Below, in pieces: positions 9,111 to 18,292 of a DNA stretch of 28,877 nt. Source of the stretch: a virus; IMG/VR virus record IMGVR_UViG_3300000882_000001; one strand, 5' to 3'. The first letter of the stretch is position 1, and each line of letters opens with the position of its first letter. A program made the translations under genes and the position numbers. The notes beneath the pieces are model-generated. The model saw nothing but the letters and a program-made list of their open reading frames with translations, was not told the origin of the DNA and did not search any database.

Positions 9111-9649
9111 GCCCGTCCGACCTCACCGCCCGCCTCGATGCCCTCGCGCGCACCCTCCCTGCCGAGCTGCGCCGCGCCGCTGTCGCCACCGCGCTCGACG
9201 CAGAGGCGAAGGCCAAAGAGAACGCCACCACCACCCTCAACGTCCGCACCGGTCGCCTGCGCGCGTCCATCGCCGGGACAGTCGAGGGGGAGGGTGGAAA
9301 TATTTCCATCGTGCTGCGGGCCGGGACTGCTGATGGCCGGGTGCCGTATGCCCGCATCCACGAGGAGGGCGGCACGATCCGCCCCAAGAATGGCCGCTTC
9401 CTGAAGATCCCGGTCGGCCCCGCCCTGACCGGCGCGGGCGTCGCACGGGGTGGCGGAAAGAGCGGCCTCCACTTCATCCGGCGCGGTGCGGGCGGCCTCC
9501 TGGCCGACGCAGAGGGGCGGATCTGGTTCGTGCTGAAGCCGTCGGTGAAGATCCCCGCCCGGCCCTATCTGCGCCCCGCGCTCGACGCGGTGCAGCCCCG
9601 GCTCATCGACCGCCTGCAGCGCATCATCGTTGACGGGGTGACGGCATGA
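9107..9649 (+). CDS. HK97 gp10-like head-tail joining / tail completion protein
   Basis: ATGA overlap. The patterns RTGRLRASI and YARIHEEGG are typical of the gp10 family. Confidence 0.7.
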   Translation: MSPSDLTARLDALARTLPAELRRAAVATALDAEAKAKENATTTLNVRTGRLRASIAGTVEGEGGNISIVLRAGTADGRVPYARIHEEGGTIRPKNGRFLKIPVGPALTGAGVARGGGKSGLHFIRRGAGGLLADAEGRIWFVLKPSVKIPARPYLRPALDAVQPRLIDRLQRIIVDGVTA

Positions 9650-10077
9650 GCCAGGAACAGACGATCCGGAACGCAGTGGTTACGGCGCTCCAGGCGATCT
9701 CCGGCATGACCTCGAAGGTCGTCATCGGCCGCCCGGCAACGCTGACGGAGGGGCCATCCCCGCCCGTCATCTGGGTCGCCGTGGGCGACATCGGCGATGA
9801 GTTCGGCCCTGACCTTCCGAGCTACCAGACGCGGCTCACGCTCGATCTGGTGTGTGTTGCTGCCGCGACCGACAGCACCCCGGAGGCGCGCGAGAATGCG
9901 AGCCTCGATCTGATGACCTCGATCCGCGCTGCTGTCCGGGCAGTGGCCCCGTCGGGGATCGCGCTGCTCCAGGCTCCGCTGTGTGAGGTCGCCGTCCGCC
10001 TGGAGGCGATGAGCAGCAGCGGGATGCCGGCCATCGTCGGCGCGGCACAGTTCCTCTACTTGAGCGAGGTGTCCTGA
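9646..10077 (+). CDS. tail terminator-like protein (143 aa)
   Basis: Its position between gp10-like and the tail tube, its size, and an ATGA overlap. Confidence 0.5.
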   Translation: MSQEQTIRNAVVTALQAISGMTSKVVIGRPATLTEGPSPPVIWVAVGDIGDEFGPDLPSYQTRLTLDLVCVAAATDSTPEARENASLDLMTSIRAAVRAVAPSGIALLQAPLCEVAVRLEAMSSSGMPAIVGAAQFLYLSEVS

Positions 10078-10859
10078 TGGCATGGGTCCGGGTCGGCAGT
10101 ACCGTGCCTCAGTTCCGCCGGTCGATCTCGGTCGACGCGACGGCAGCGGCGACAGCCTCTGACGTGCAGATCACCATCCCGTCTGTGTTGTCGGAATTCT
10201 GGGACGTGATCGACGCGAGCGGCAACGAGCTGCGCGTCACCGACGCCGACGGGCAGACGGTGCTGAACTATAAGGTGACCGGCTCCATCAGCGGGTTCGA
10301 CCGCACCACCAGGGACGGCATCATCCAGATCGACAACTACGATCCGGCGGCGGTCTGCGTCGGGCAGGTCTGGCTGTACTACGGGATCACCGGCGCTTCC
10401 AGCGGCGCTACATCGTTCACCTACGCTGCCAGCCGCACCGGCTACCTCTACCCCGGCGCGCCCATCAGCATCATCAGCGCCGTGCCGCAGCGCCCTGGAG
10501 ACACCCGGCCCCGTGACGCCATCAGCAAAGCCGCCGATGAGATCACCTGGGTGTGGTTCGACTTCCACGATCTGCTCCAGCAGCTGACGACCCCGGACGG
10601 GCAGCAGGAGCAGTGGGAAGAGCTCGATGAGATCACCTACTTCGTCACCCTCGCGGGCGCGACGCAGGCGGGAATGGTCAGCGCCAGCAGCGTCCGGGTG
10701 ATCGGCGGGCGCTACGTCCAGGTGCTCGTGCAGGGCGGCGCGACGGGCAGCAGCTACACCCTGGTGGTGCAGGCCACCACCACCTACCCGACCCAGCAGA
10801 CGGGACGCACGCTCGCGGCGCGCTGTCTCGTCAGGGTCAAAGACGTTTCGGAGGTTTAG
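10077..10859 (+). CDS. structural-module protein with an N-terminal DUF2341/LamG-like pattern (260 aa)
   Basis: The segment FRRSISVD..ITIPSVLSEFWDVIDASGNELRVTDADGQTVLNYKV..VWLYYG resembles the DUF2341 consensus. TGATG overlap. Confidence 0.55.
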   Translation: MAWVRVGSTVPQFRRSISVDATAAATASDVQITIPSVLSEFWDVIDASGNELRVTDADGQTVLNYKVTGSISGFDRTTRDGIIQIDNYDPAAVCVGQVWLYYGITGASSGATSFTYAASRTGYLYPGAPISIISAVPQRPGDTRPRDAISKAADEITWVWFDFHDLLQQLTTPDGQQEQWEELDEITYFVTLAGATQAGMVSASSVRVIGGRYVQVLVQGGATGSSYTLVVQATTTYPTQQTGRTLAARCLVRVKDVSEV

Positions 10860-10862
10860 GCG

Positions 10863-11816
10863 ATGGCCTTACAGCTCGGCAAGGACGCGCGCATCAGCGC
10901 CGGAGAGGAGTCCACAGCAGGCACGGAGGTCAGCCGGACAGCCGTGGCACGGCTCGTCAGCACCACGCTGCAGCGGGCCATCGAGAAGGACGTGGTACCG
11001 CACCTGGTGGGGAGCGGCGCGGCTGCTGCCAACCCGGTGGACTTCTTCGAGACCGTCGGCAGGGTCGGCGGCGACCTGGAGATCAACGCGGCCTACCAGG
11101 GCAGCGCGCTGGGGCTGTGGCTGAAGCACGCCCTTGGCACCGTCAACACCACCGGCAGCGGGCCATACGCGCATGCGTTCTCCCTGGCCGGGGCGCTCCC
11201 GGCGGGCCTGTCGCTCTGCGTCGAGCGGGGCAGTGGCGGGCTGGGCGACGAGGAGCTGCTCGGCTGCAAGATCAGCAGCTTCGAGCTCAGCGTGGCGCCC
11301 GGGCAGGTGATGGCCTGCCGCATGAGCATCATCGGGATGGGCGGCAGCGCGCGAGGCAGCGACAGCCCGCCCGCGATGGCGACGCTCTACCCGATCACCC
11401 ACAAGCACGCGGGGCAACTGTCCTTTGACAGCGCCAGCTACACGCTCTCCGCCTTCACCCTGCGCGTCGACAACAACCTCACGCCGCTGCCGGAGCTGGG
11501 CTCCCTGTACTCCTCAGAGCCCCAGCGCAACGGCTTCCAGACGATTGAGATCGAGGCCGAGCTGGTGGCGCGCTCTGACGCGCTGTTCACCGCCTCTCTG
11601 GCCTCGACGCAGGGCGACGTGACGATCACCTTCACCGACAGCACGCGCAGCCTCGCCATCGTGCTGCACAACGCGGTGATCTTCAGCTACTCCGACCCGA
11701 TCTCTGCCTTCGGCGTCATCAAGCAGAAGGTGGTGTGGCGCGGCCTGGGCGACGGCACCGACCACGGGCTGCTCGTCACCCTGACCAACGCGAATTCGTC
11801 GGCAGTGGTGAGCTGA
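10863..11816 (+). CDS. major tail (tube) protein candidate (317 aa)
   Basis: GGAGG lies upstream. It sits immediately before the chaperone and tape measure genes. The N-terminus is LQLGKDARISAGEESTAGTEV. Confidence 0.6.
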   Translation: MALQLGKDARISAGEESTAGTEVSRTAVARLVSTTLQRAIEKDVVPHLVGSGAAAANPVDFFETVGRVGGDLEINAAYQGSALGLWLKHALGTVNTTGSGPYAHAFSLAGALPAGLSLCVERGSGGLGDEELLGCKISSFELSVAPGQVMACRMSIIGMGGSARGSDSPPAMATLYPITHKHAGQLSFDSASYTLSAFTLRVDNNLTPLPELGSLYSSEPQRNGFQTIEIEAELVARSDALFTASLASTQGDVTITFTDSTRSLAIVLHNAVIFSYSDPISAFGVIKQKVVWRGLGDGTDHGLLVTLTNANSSAVVS

Positions 11817-12406
11817 TGGGCCTTGCCAGCACCATCCGGCAGGCTGCGCTCATCGAGGTCGAATACCCCGTCGGCGTTGTCTGCTACCGGCTGCGCCCCA
11901 TCACCAGCGGCGACCTGCTGACCGAGCACTTCTGTCTGCTCTCCCTCCTGTTGCCCCCCTCGCAGGAGGATCGGGCGCAAGCAGAGGCAGAGAAGGAGTG
12001 GCCGGAGGCGGAGCGCCAGCAGGCGGAGCAGCGCCGACAGATGGACATGGCGCGCAAGCTCTCCGACCCGGCGGTGCAGCAGCGTATCCGCGACTTCAAC
12101 ACGGCCATCGTCGGGGCCGCCCTCGTCGATGCCCGCGACATGGCCGATGCGTCCGCCACATGGGAGCCGATCAGGCTCGTCAGCGCGGCAGAGAGCAACC
12201 CGGCAGCGGGGAATTTCTCCCCGGAGGACATCGGCCCCGCCGCGATGGAGCACCTGGCCGCAGTCGTCCGGACTGCCAGCTTCGGCGGGGAGGTGGCGCG
12301 GGCGAAGCTCGCCACCTTTCGTGGCATCCGGCTGGGTGCTTCCCATCGCGCGAATGGCTCGCCTGTGGGGGACGCCGCCTCACCTGCTCCTGCGCGCGTC
12401 GGTTGA
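11816..12406 (+). CDS. tail assembly chaperone (G-like, 196 aa)
   Basis: Position before the tape measure gene, TGATG overlap, and an acidic/helical middle region. Confidence 0.65.
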   Translation: MGLASTIRQAALIEVEYPVGVVCYRLRPITSGDLLTEHFCLLSLLLPPSQEDRAQAEAEKEWPEAERQQAEQRRQMDMARKLSDPAVQQRIRDFNTAIVGAALVDARDMADASATWEPIRLVSAAESNPAAGNFSPEDIGPAAMEHLAAVVRTASFGGEVARAKLATFRGIRLGASHRANGSPVGDAASPAPARVG

Positions 12407-12512
12407 GGAGATGCGGATCAACCTCGCCTGTCTCGACGCCTGGGACGCTCATATCGAGCGCCAGATCCGGGAAGGAAAGCCGATGGCGACTGTCGATGTC
12501 GGGGGGGTGTGA
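12321..12512 (+). CDS. tail assembly chaperone extension (T-like), probably reached by recoding from the 11816 frame
   Basis: Its frame lies one nucleotide downstream (+1) of the 11816 chaperone frame. It is open from 12129, looks protein-like from about 12330 (IARMARLWGTPPHLLLRASVEEMRINL), and stops 1 nt before the tape measure GTG. No SD precedes GTG 12321 or ATG 12345. Confidence 0.45.
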   Translation: MASGWVLPIARMARLWGTPPHLLLRASVEEMRINLACLDAWDAHIERQIREGKPMATVDVGGV

Positions 12513-14390
12513 GTGGCTTTAGCGACTGTCATCCTGAGTGTCCGAGACGCGGCCAGCGGCCCGCTGGATGACATCGCCGATGCCTCGCGGGATGCGACCG
12601 CGCAGCTCGCGCGCACCGACAACGCCCTCGACAAGACCGGCGCGTCCGCATCGGCAGCGGGCGGGCGCATCGGCGGGGCGGCGTCGGCGCTGTCGAGCCT
12701 CAGCGCGACCGGGGGCGGCGCTGTTGTGGCGGGGCTGGGCGGGATGGCGGCGGTTCTGCTGTCGGTGGCGGCGTCGGCTGCGCTGGCGGCGGGCAGCCTG
12801 GGCGCGGCCACACTGGTAGCCGACGACGCGCTGGCCTCCCTGGAGGGCTTCCAGCGGATCGGGAGCGACTTCTACCCGTCGGTTCCGCCCGCCACCATCG
12901 CCAGCATCGAGGCAGCCAACGCAGCCATCGACGCGCTGGTGAGCATCGCCGCGAAGATGGCCGTCGTCGTCGGCGGCGCTGCGGCTCCGGCCATCGAGCA
13001 GATCGCGTCGTTCACGGTCGGGCTGGCGCTGGCCACGCTGGATCTGGTTGAGGTTCTGACCGCCGGGGAAGACGTGTTCCGGTCGCTGACCGAGTTCATC
13101 CTCACCGGGTTCTACAAGGCGCTGACGCTCCCCATCGTGCCGCTGCAGGAGCTGGTGCGCGCGATGCTGCTGCTGGCCGATACGGTCGGGGTCAAGCTGC
13201 CCGCTCCAGCCCGCGAGGCCGCAGACGCGCTGCTCTCGATGCAGAGCGACATGGCGAGCGCGACCGTCGAGATGATCCTCGGCACCAGCGCGGCCACGGG
13301 GCTCAGCGAGACGCTCGCAGGGCTGACCGAGCGGGGCCGCGACTTCATCGGCACCCAGCAGGCGGCGACGGCGGCGATGGAGCGTGGCAGCGCTGCCACG
13401 AAGGACGCGGCGGCGGCGACCGATGCGCTGGCCGAAGCACGGAGCCGCCTGATGGCGGACAGCGCGGCAGAGTTCGCAACGACCTTCCAGGCGCGCGAGT
13501 CCCCGCAGATCGAATTCCTGACCGAGTTCTATGACAGGCTGAAGCAGGCCAGCGGACAGCGGGACTTCCAGATGCTGCTCGCGGATCTGGCGGTCGGGAT
13601 GGACCGGTACCGGCTCACCATCGAGCAGACGCTGGCGGCGCAGGAAGCGCTGATGCAGGGCGCGGCAGGCGGCGGCGGAAGCGCCATCGGGGCCGCAGCG
13701 GCAGGCGGCGCGACGACGCGCGGACAGGCGGCGACGGCGGCGATGGAGCGTGGCAGCGCTGCCGCCAGCAGCCTCGGGGGGCTGACCGCGCTTGACCCCA
13801 GCGGTATCAGCGGGGCCGTCGTCGCGGGCATCCAGTCGGTGATCGACATCAGCAACGGTGGCGGCATCACCGGAGACATCACGGCGCTGCTCGAAGGGCT
13901 GGCCGCCGCCCTGCCGGAGTTCATCCCGGCGTTGGTCGACTTCGCGACCAACCTTCTGACCTCGCTCATCCCCGGCCTCGCAGATGGCCTGGTGGGTGTC
14001 GTCGAGAGTCTGGGCGAGGCGCTGCCGGAGCTGATCCAGGGACTGATCGGCGGGCTGGGGAAGACGGTCAGCAGCCTGCTGATGCTGGTGCCGAAGCTGC
14101 TCATTGAGGCGGTCGGGATGCTGCTGAGCCCGCGCTTCTGGATCGACATGGGGAAAGCCTTCGTCGATGGTCTTCTCGACCTGTTGAACCCGTTCAAGAA
14201 CGAAGATGGCACGGGCGTCTTCCAGCGGAACGGGAGCGCGGGCCGAACTGGCGCGGCGCTCAAAGACCTGTTCAACGGCAAGAAGGACACCAGCAACCTC
14301 ACGGTGAACGGGGCCATCGCGGCAGACATGCGGGACTTCAACCGCAAGCTGCTGGGGTACAGCTCGCGCTCACAGACCAGGGGGACGTGA
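12513..14390 (+). CDS. tape measure protein (625 aa)
   Basis: Ala/Gly-rich helical protein after the chaperones, with an internal duplication and hydrophobic C-terminal segments. Confidence 0.85.
   Translation: MALATVILSVRDAASGPLDDIADASRDATAQLARTDNALDKTGASASAAGGRIGGAASALSSLSATGGGAVVAGLGGMAAVLLSVAASAALAAGSLGAATLVADDALASLEGFQRIGSDFYPSVPPATIASIEAANAAIDALVSIAAKMAVVVGGAAAPAIEQIASFTVGLALATLDLVEVLTAGEDVFRSLTEFILTGFYKALTLPIVPLQELVRAMLLLADTVGVKLPAPAREAADALLSMQSDMASATVEMILGTSAATGLSETLAGLTERGRDFIGTQQAATAAMERGSAATKDAAAATDALAEARSRLMADSAAEFATTFQARESPQIEFLTEFYDRLKQASGQRDFQMLLADLAVGMDRYRLTIEQTLAAQEALMQGAAGGGGSAIGAAAAGGATTRGQAATAAMERGSAAASSLGGLTALDPSGISGAVVAGIQSVIDISNGGGITGDITALLEGLAAALPEFIPALVDFATNLLTSLIPGLADGLVGVVESLGEALPELIQGLIGGLGKTVSSLLMLVPKLLIEAVGMLLSPRFWIDMGKAFVDGLLDLLNPFKNEDGTGVFQRNGSAGRTGAALKDLFNGKKDTSNLTVNGAIAADMRDFNRKLLGYSSRSQTRGT
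13359..13397 (+). repeat. 39-bp perfect direct repeat, copy 1 (inside tape measure)
   Basis: CAGGCGGCGACGGCGGCGATGGAGCGTGGCAGCGCTGCC is also found at 13725-13763. Confidence 0.9.
13725..13763 (+). repeat. 39-bp perfect direct repeat, copy 2 (inside tape measure)
   Basis: Identical to 13359-13397. The offset is 366 bp, which is in frame (122 codons). Confidence 0.9.
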
Positions 14391-15196
14391 TGGGGTCACC
14401 GACGTTCTATTGGTACCCCAAAGAGGGGGGAAGCCTCGAAAAAACTGTTATGACCCGCGCGCTCTCCCGGATGGAGGCCGACGACCGGCCCCAGGCAGAG
14501 GACAGCTACAGCGGCGCGCAGGCGATGACGCGGGTGTTCTACGGCACCAGGCGGCGCGTCCGGCTCGCCTGGGAGCGGCTCAACCTGTTGAGCAGCGCCG
14601 GGGCTGCCGATCACCGCTCGCTGCTGCCGGTCATCGCCCACCTGCAGCGGGGCGGGGCGGTCGGGTTCAGCGCCGACGGAGCCAAGACCATCGGCGGCTA
14701 CCCCGGCGCGGGGAACTGGAGCCGGGGGGCCGGGACGCTGACGTGCGGCAGCCCGACCAACGCCTTCAGCGCGTGGCAACCGCTCGCGGCCATCGCTGCC
14801 GGTGACCAGGTGGTGATCGAGTCCGAGGCGGTCTACGGGCGCAGCGAGCAGCGGAGCGCCACCAGCTTCAGCGCCGGGGTGCTGACGCTCGCCTCGCAGA
14901 CGCTGGTGTTCGACTACGCCGGGGCCGGGCCGATGTGGCGCTGGTACCGGTTCTGGCCTGCGCTGAGGCTGCCCGCCGATCAGCTCGGCTCCCCCCTGGT
15001 CACCAACGACCACGGGATCACCGCCTCTGTCGAGCTGGTGCTGGAGGTCGATCCGGTCGTGCACCTGCTCACCACCTCCGGCCTGGGCGGGCGGTTCGGG
15101 CTGGCCGACACGACGGTGCGCGGCATCGACGCCCAGCCTACCCTCGACACCCTGCTGGCGAGCGCGCGGGTGCGCAACGCCGCTCGGCTGCCCTGA
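14387..15196 (+). CDS. distal tail protein candidate (269 aa)
   Basis: It is the first gene after the tape measure gene. The start is GTG 14387 (GTGA overlap) or ATG 14390. Confidence 0.5.
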   Translation: MMGSPTFYWYPKEGGSLEKTVMTRALSRMEADDRPQAEDSYSGAQAMTRVFYGTRRRVRLAWERLNLLSSAGAADHRSLLPVIAHLQRGGAVGFSADGAKTIGGYPGAGNWSRGAGTLTCGSPTNAFSAWQPLAAIAAGDQVVIESEAVYGRSEQRSATSFSAGVLTLASQTLVFDYAGAGPMWRWYRFWPALRLPADQLGSPLVTNDHGITASVELVLEVDPVVHLLTTSGLGGRFGLADTTVRGIDAQPTLDTLLASARVRNAARLP

Positions 15197-16734
15197 TGGC
15201 CTGGGGCGCGCAATTCCTCGCAGCCCTGGATCAGCCCGTGCTGATGATGCGGTGGGTGCTGCGGGCCACCAGCATCAACAACACCCCGGCAGACCCCGGC
15301 TACTTCGCCACCAGCATCGCCGGGAGCGGCGATCCGATCATCGCAGAGCGCGGGGTGCGGATCGACGGCAGCGCGCTCTCAGCGGGCGCATGGAGCAGCA
15401 GCACCGGCCAGTGCGACATCGAGCTGAGCGGTGATCTGTCGCGGCTGCTCCAGTCGGTGACCAGGGGGACGTTCTGCACCCTCCAGATGGGGCTCGAAGT
15501 CGGCGGCGGACAGTGGGTCTATGAGGTGGTTTTTATCGGGCAGGTACAGCAGATCGAGCGCCGGAGCCTCGCCACCGGCACGCTCAGCCTGCGGGATCTG
15601 CTCTCCGCCCTCCGCTCGCGCCCGACGCTGACCGCCGGGCAGCTCGCGCTGTTCTACGCCGACGACGGTGACACCACCGTAGACAGCCCGTGGACGGTGG
15701 GCGACGCGACGCTCTCCATCGTCGCGGGCGGAACCTTCGAGCGTGACAGCGCGGGCAAGGGGGCGGTACAGATCGAGCCGACGACGGGCGAGCCCTTCTA
15801 CCTGCTCTGGACAGGCACGCCGGGCGCGACATCGCTGACCATCAGCGGCCCCAGCACCGACCGGCACGGCACCACTCCGGTCGACGCCGACAGCGGGGAT
15901 GCCGTCCACCCGCTGCTCTACATCGAGGCGCACCCGATCAACGCGGCCCGCAAGATCCTGTGCAGCACGGGCGGGGGCAACAACGGGGCCTATGACACCC
16001 TGCCGATCTCCTGGGGTCTCGGTCTGCGCGATGCCTGGATCGACCACACCGACGCCGACAGCTACCTCCAGGTGAGTCGATCCGTGATGGATTGGGAGTT
16101 CCTGGCCGACGCGCAGATCACCGATCCCCTCGGCTGGCTCACCGACATCCTCGCGCGGGGCGGGTTCTTCCTGACGGTGCGGCAGGGACTCTTGACGGTG
16201 CGGGCGGCGCTCTCCACGGGGATCAGCGTGTTGAACCCGGGTGGCACGGCAGGCACCGACGTCCTCCATCTGACTGACCTCGACATCGAGAGCATCGCCT
16301 GTGAGCTCTGGGATCAGGATGCTTCAGAGGAGAGCGTAAACGTCACGGTCTACGCGAACTCCACCAGCGCGAGCATCGGCACCGAAGCGCCCGCCACCCT
16401 CCCGGCCATCGACCGGGCAGAGTACGATCTGGCCGATCTGCTGTTCAGCGACGAAGCCGACGCGGCAACCTCCGTCCTCAACCGTGTGTGGGAGGCGACA
16501 CAGCGCGTACCTGAGCGATACACGATCACCTGCTCCGGCCTGCGTGCGGCGCAGCTCGCGCCCGGAGACCTGATCCGCATCTCGACGCGACGGATCGGCG
16601 GGCGCATGCAGGCGACGCTGCGGGGGCTGGTGGCGACGCGCGCCCTGGTGGTGCAGGTCAGCCCCGACTTCGGCAGCGGGCGCGTCGAGGTCGTCGCGCT
16701 GGTCTACCCACTCACCGGGGAGGTATGGTCATGA
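15196..16734 (+). CDS. tail tip / baseplate hub-like protein (512 aa)
   Basis: It is the second gene after the tape measure gene, with a TGATG overlap. The upstream part of ORF 14935..16734 overlaps the previous gene. Confidence 0.5.
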   Translation: MAWGAQFLAALDQPVLMMRWVLRATSINNTPADPGYFATSIAGSGDPIIAERGVRIDGSALSAGAWSSSTGQCDIELSGDLSRLLQSVTRGTFCTLQMGLEVGGGQWVYEVVFIGQVQQIERRSLATGTLSLRDLLSALRSRPTLTAGQLALFYADDGDTTVDSPWTVGDATLSIVAGGTFERDSAGKGAVQIEPTTGEPFYLLWTGTPGATSLTISGPSTDRHGTTPVDADSGDAVHPLLYIEAHPINAARKILCSTGGGNNGAYDTLPISWGLGLRDAWIDHTDADSYLQVSRSVMDWEFLADAQITDPLGWLTDILARGGFFLTVRQGLLTVRAALSTGISVLNPGGTAGTDVLHLTDLDIESIACELWDQDASEESVNVTVYANSTSASIGTEAPATLPAIDRAEYDLADLLFSDEADAATSVLNRVWEATQRVPERYTITCSGLRAAQLAPGDLIRISTRRIGGRMQATLRGLVATRALVVQVSPDFGSGRVEVVALVYPLTGEVWS

Positions 16735-18080
16735 CGCCGGGTATGGTTCTGCGCCGGATCACCGGCAAGGTCGGCGCAGCTCCTGTCGGGCGGGTGATGC
16801 TGTTCTACTCGGCTACCCTGCGTCGGCTCCGGCTGGTGGACGATGCGGGCAACGCCAGCGACATCAGCGCCGGGGGCGGCGGGGGCGGCGGGGGCGGCGG
16901 ACTGTGGGCGAGCAGCGGATACACCGGGACAGCCAACCGGATCGCGGGCTTTGATGGCTCCGGCGCCGCTGGCCTCGTCACCCTGACATCCCCCCTCGCC
17001 CTCTCCGGCGGCGCGCTCTCTATCGACCTGTCGGCGTACCTGACGACGACGACGGCGGCAGCCACCTATCAGCCACTCGACGCCGGGCTAACCTCGTTAC
17101 TGGCGGCAGACACGGCGGCGGGACTGCTGTACACGACGGCGGCGGCGACATGGGCGCGGGCATCCGTCGGCGATCTGTTGGTCGTCAGCGGGGCTTGGCG
17201 CGTCGTCGGCATCTACGAGGCGGGCGGGACGGATCTGACGCTGGCGACCATCAACGACGGGGAGCTGCTCCGCCGGGTCGGGACGACGGTGGACGGGATC
17301 GCGGCGACGGCTACACCGACTGCAGACGCGGTTCCCATCGCCGACGGCAGCGGCACGCTGGATGCGTGGGTTGGCGCGGCGGTGAAGGGCGTCCGCACGA
17401 ACGTCATTTTTGTGTACGTCCTGCCGCAAGCCGGAACCAACGTCAACCTCGACGGCAGCGGCCCGACGGTCAGCACGGGCGCTATCCTCACCCCGTCGCA
17501 GTCGGAGGTAGATTATTTCTGTACACAGTTCGGGGATGCCAGTGCGTTTTATGCGCGCTGGTACGTCGTCGGCGGGTACCGGACGAATCAGGGAACCATC
17601 GTCCTCAACTGGAACTTTCGGCTCGGCAGCGACACCACCACCAGCACGCAGCACGGCTTCATGGGCCTGTCCAGTGCGACCACGCTGGCGACGGCAAACC
17701 CGGCGGGCGACATCGCGGCGCTCCGGTGGGATGTCACGACGGCGAATTTCAAGCTGTTCACGAAGGACAACACCACCGGCACCGACACAGATACCGGTGT
17801 CGCCGTCACCCCGTCTTACTATTACATGGTGCAGATGACATTTACAGCTGCTGCTGGGGTGCCATCTTCGATCTCCATCAAGATCGGCAGGGGGAGCACA
17901 GCCTCAGCGGCGGCGTCCAACTTCACTGGCGCATCGACAACCACCACATCTACCACGATGCCCCGCAGCACCGTTGATCTGCTGGCGATCATGTCATTAT
18001 ACCGGCTGGCAGCTTCAACAAATAGAAGCTGGCGATTCAACTATTTCAGAATGACCATCACACCTTCCTGGGCTGCCTGA
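16731..18080 (+). CDS. tail fiber / receptor-binding protein candidate (alternative start 16725)
   Basis: ATGA overlap at 16731-16734. It has a Gly10 linker, Ala/Thr/Gly-rich repeats and a lower-GC C-terminal domain. It is the last structural gene. Confidence 0.6.
   Translation: MTPGMVLRRITGKVGAAPVGRVMLFYSATLRRLRLVDDAGNASDISAGGGGGGGGGGLWASSGYTGTANRIAGFDGSGAAGLVTLTSPLALSGGALSIDLSAYLTTTTAAATYQPLDAGLTSLLAADTAAGLLYTTAAATWARASVGDLLVVSGAWRVVGIYEAGGTDLTLATINDGELLRRVGTTVDGIAATATPTADAVPIADGSGTLDAWVGAAVKGVRTNVIFVYVLPQAGTNVNLDGSGPTVSTGAILTPSQSEVDYFCTQFGDASAFYARWYVVGGYRTNQGTIVLNWNFRLGSDTTTSTQHGFMGLSSATTLATANPAGDIAALRWDVTTANFKLFTKDNTTGTDTDTGVAVTPSYYYMVQMTFTAAAGVPSSISIKIGRGSTASAAASNFTGASTTTTSTTMPRSTVDLLAIMSLYRLAASTNRSWRFNYFRMTITPSWAA
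16872..16898 (+). repeat. (GGGGGCGGC)x3 tandem repeat encoding most of a Gly10 tract
   Basis: Three perfect 9-bp units were read directly. Confidence 0.9.
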
Positions 18081-18292
18081 TGCCGACTGACCTCTCTATC
18101 CCGCCCCCGATCAACACCGTCGTCATCTGGCGCCACAGCGCGGAGGAGACGGTCATCACCCGCCGCGTCCCGCCGGATGCGGTCGTGGACTGCTGGCGGA
18201 TCGGGGTGGCGGGGTCGGCGTCGATGATGGATTGGCAGGGGGCGCCCCCTTCTTCAATCTTTGTCGAGGGCTACTCACAGGAGCCGCTATGA
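18080..18292 (+). CDS. hypothetical protein (70 aa)
   Basis: TGATG overlap upstream and ATGA overlap downstream. No TM segment is seen. Confidence 0.4.
   Translation: MPTDLSIPPPINTVVIWRHSAEETVITRRVPPDAVVDCWRIGVAGSASMMDWQGAPPSSIFVEGYSQEPL

Noticed and set aside
16872-16898. G-rich repeat as an on/off phase-variation switch or G-quadruplex regulator
   Set aside because: The repeat unit is 9 bp, so slippage keeps the reading frame. It can only vary linker length. A quadruplex role cannot be judged from sequence alone.
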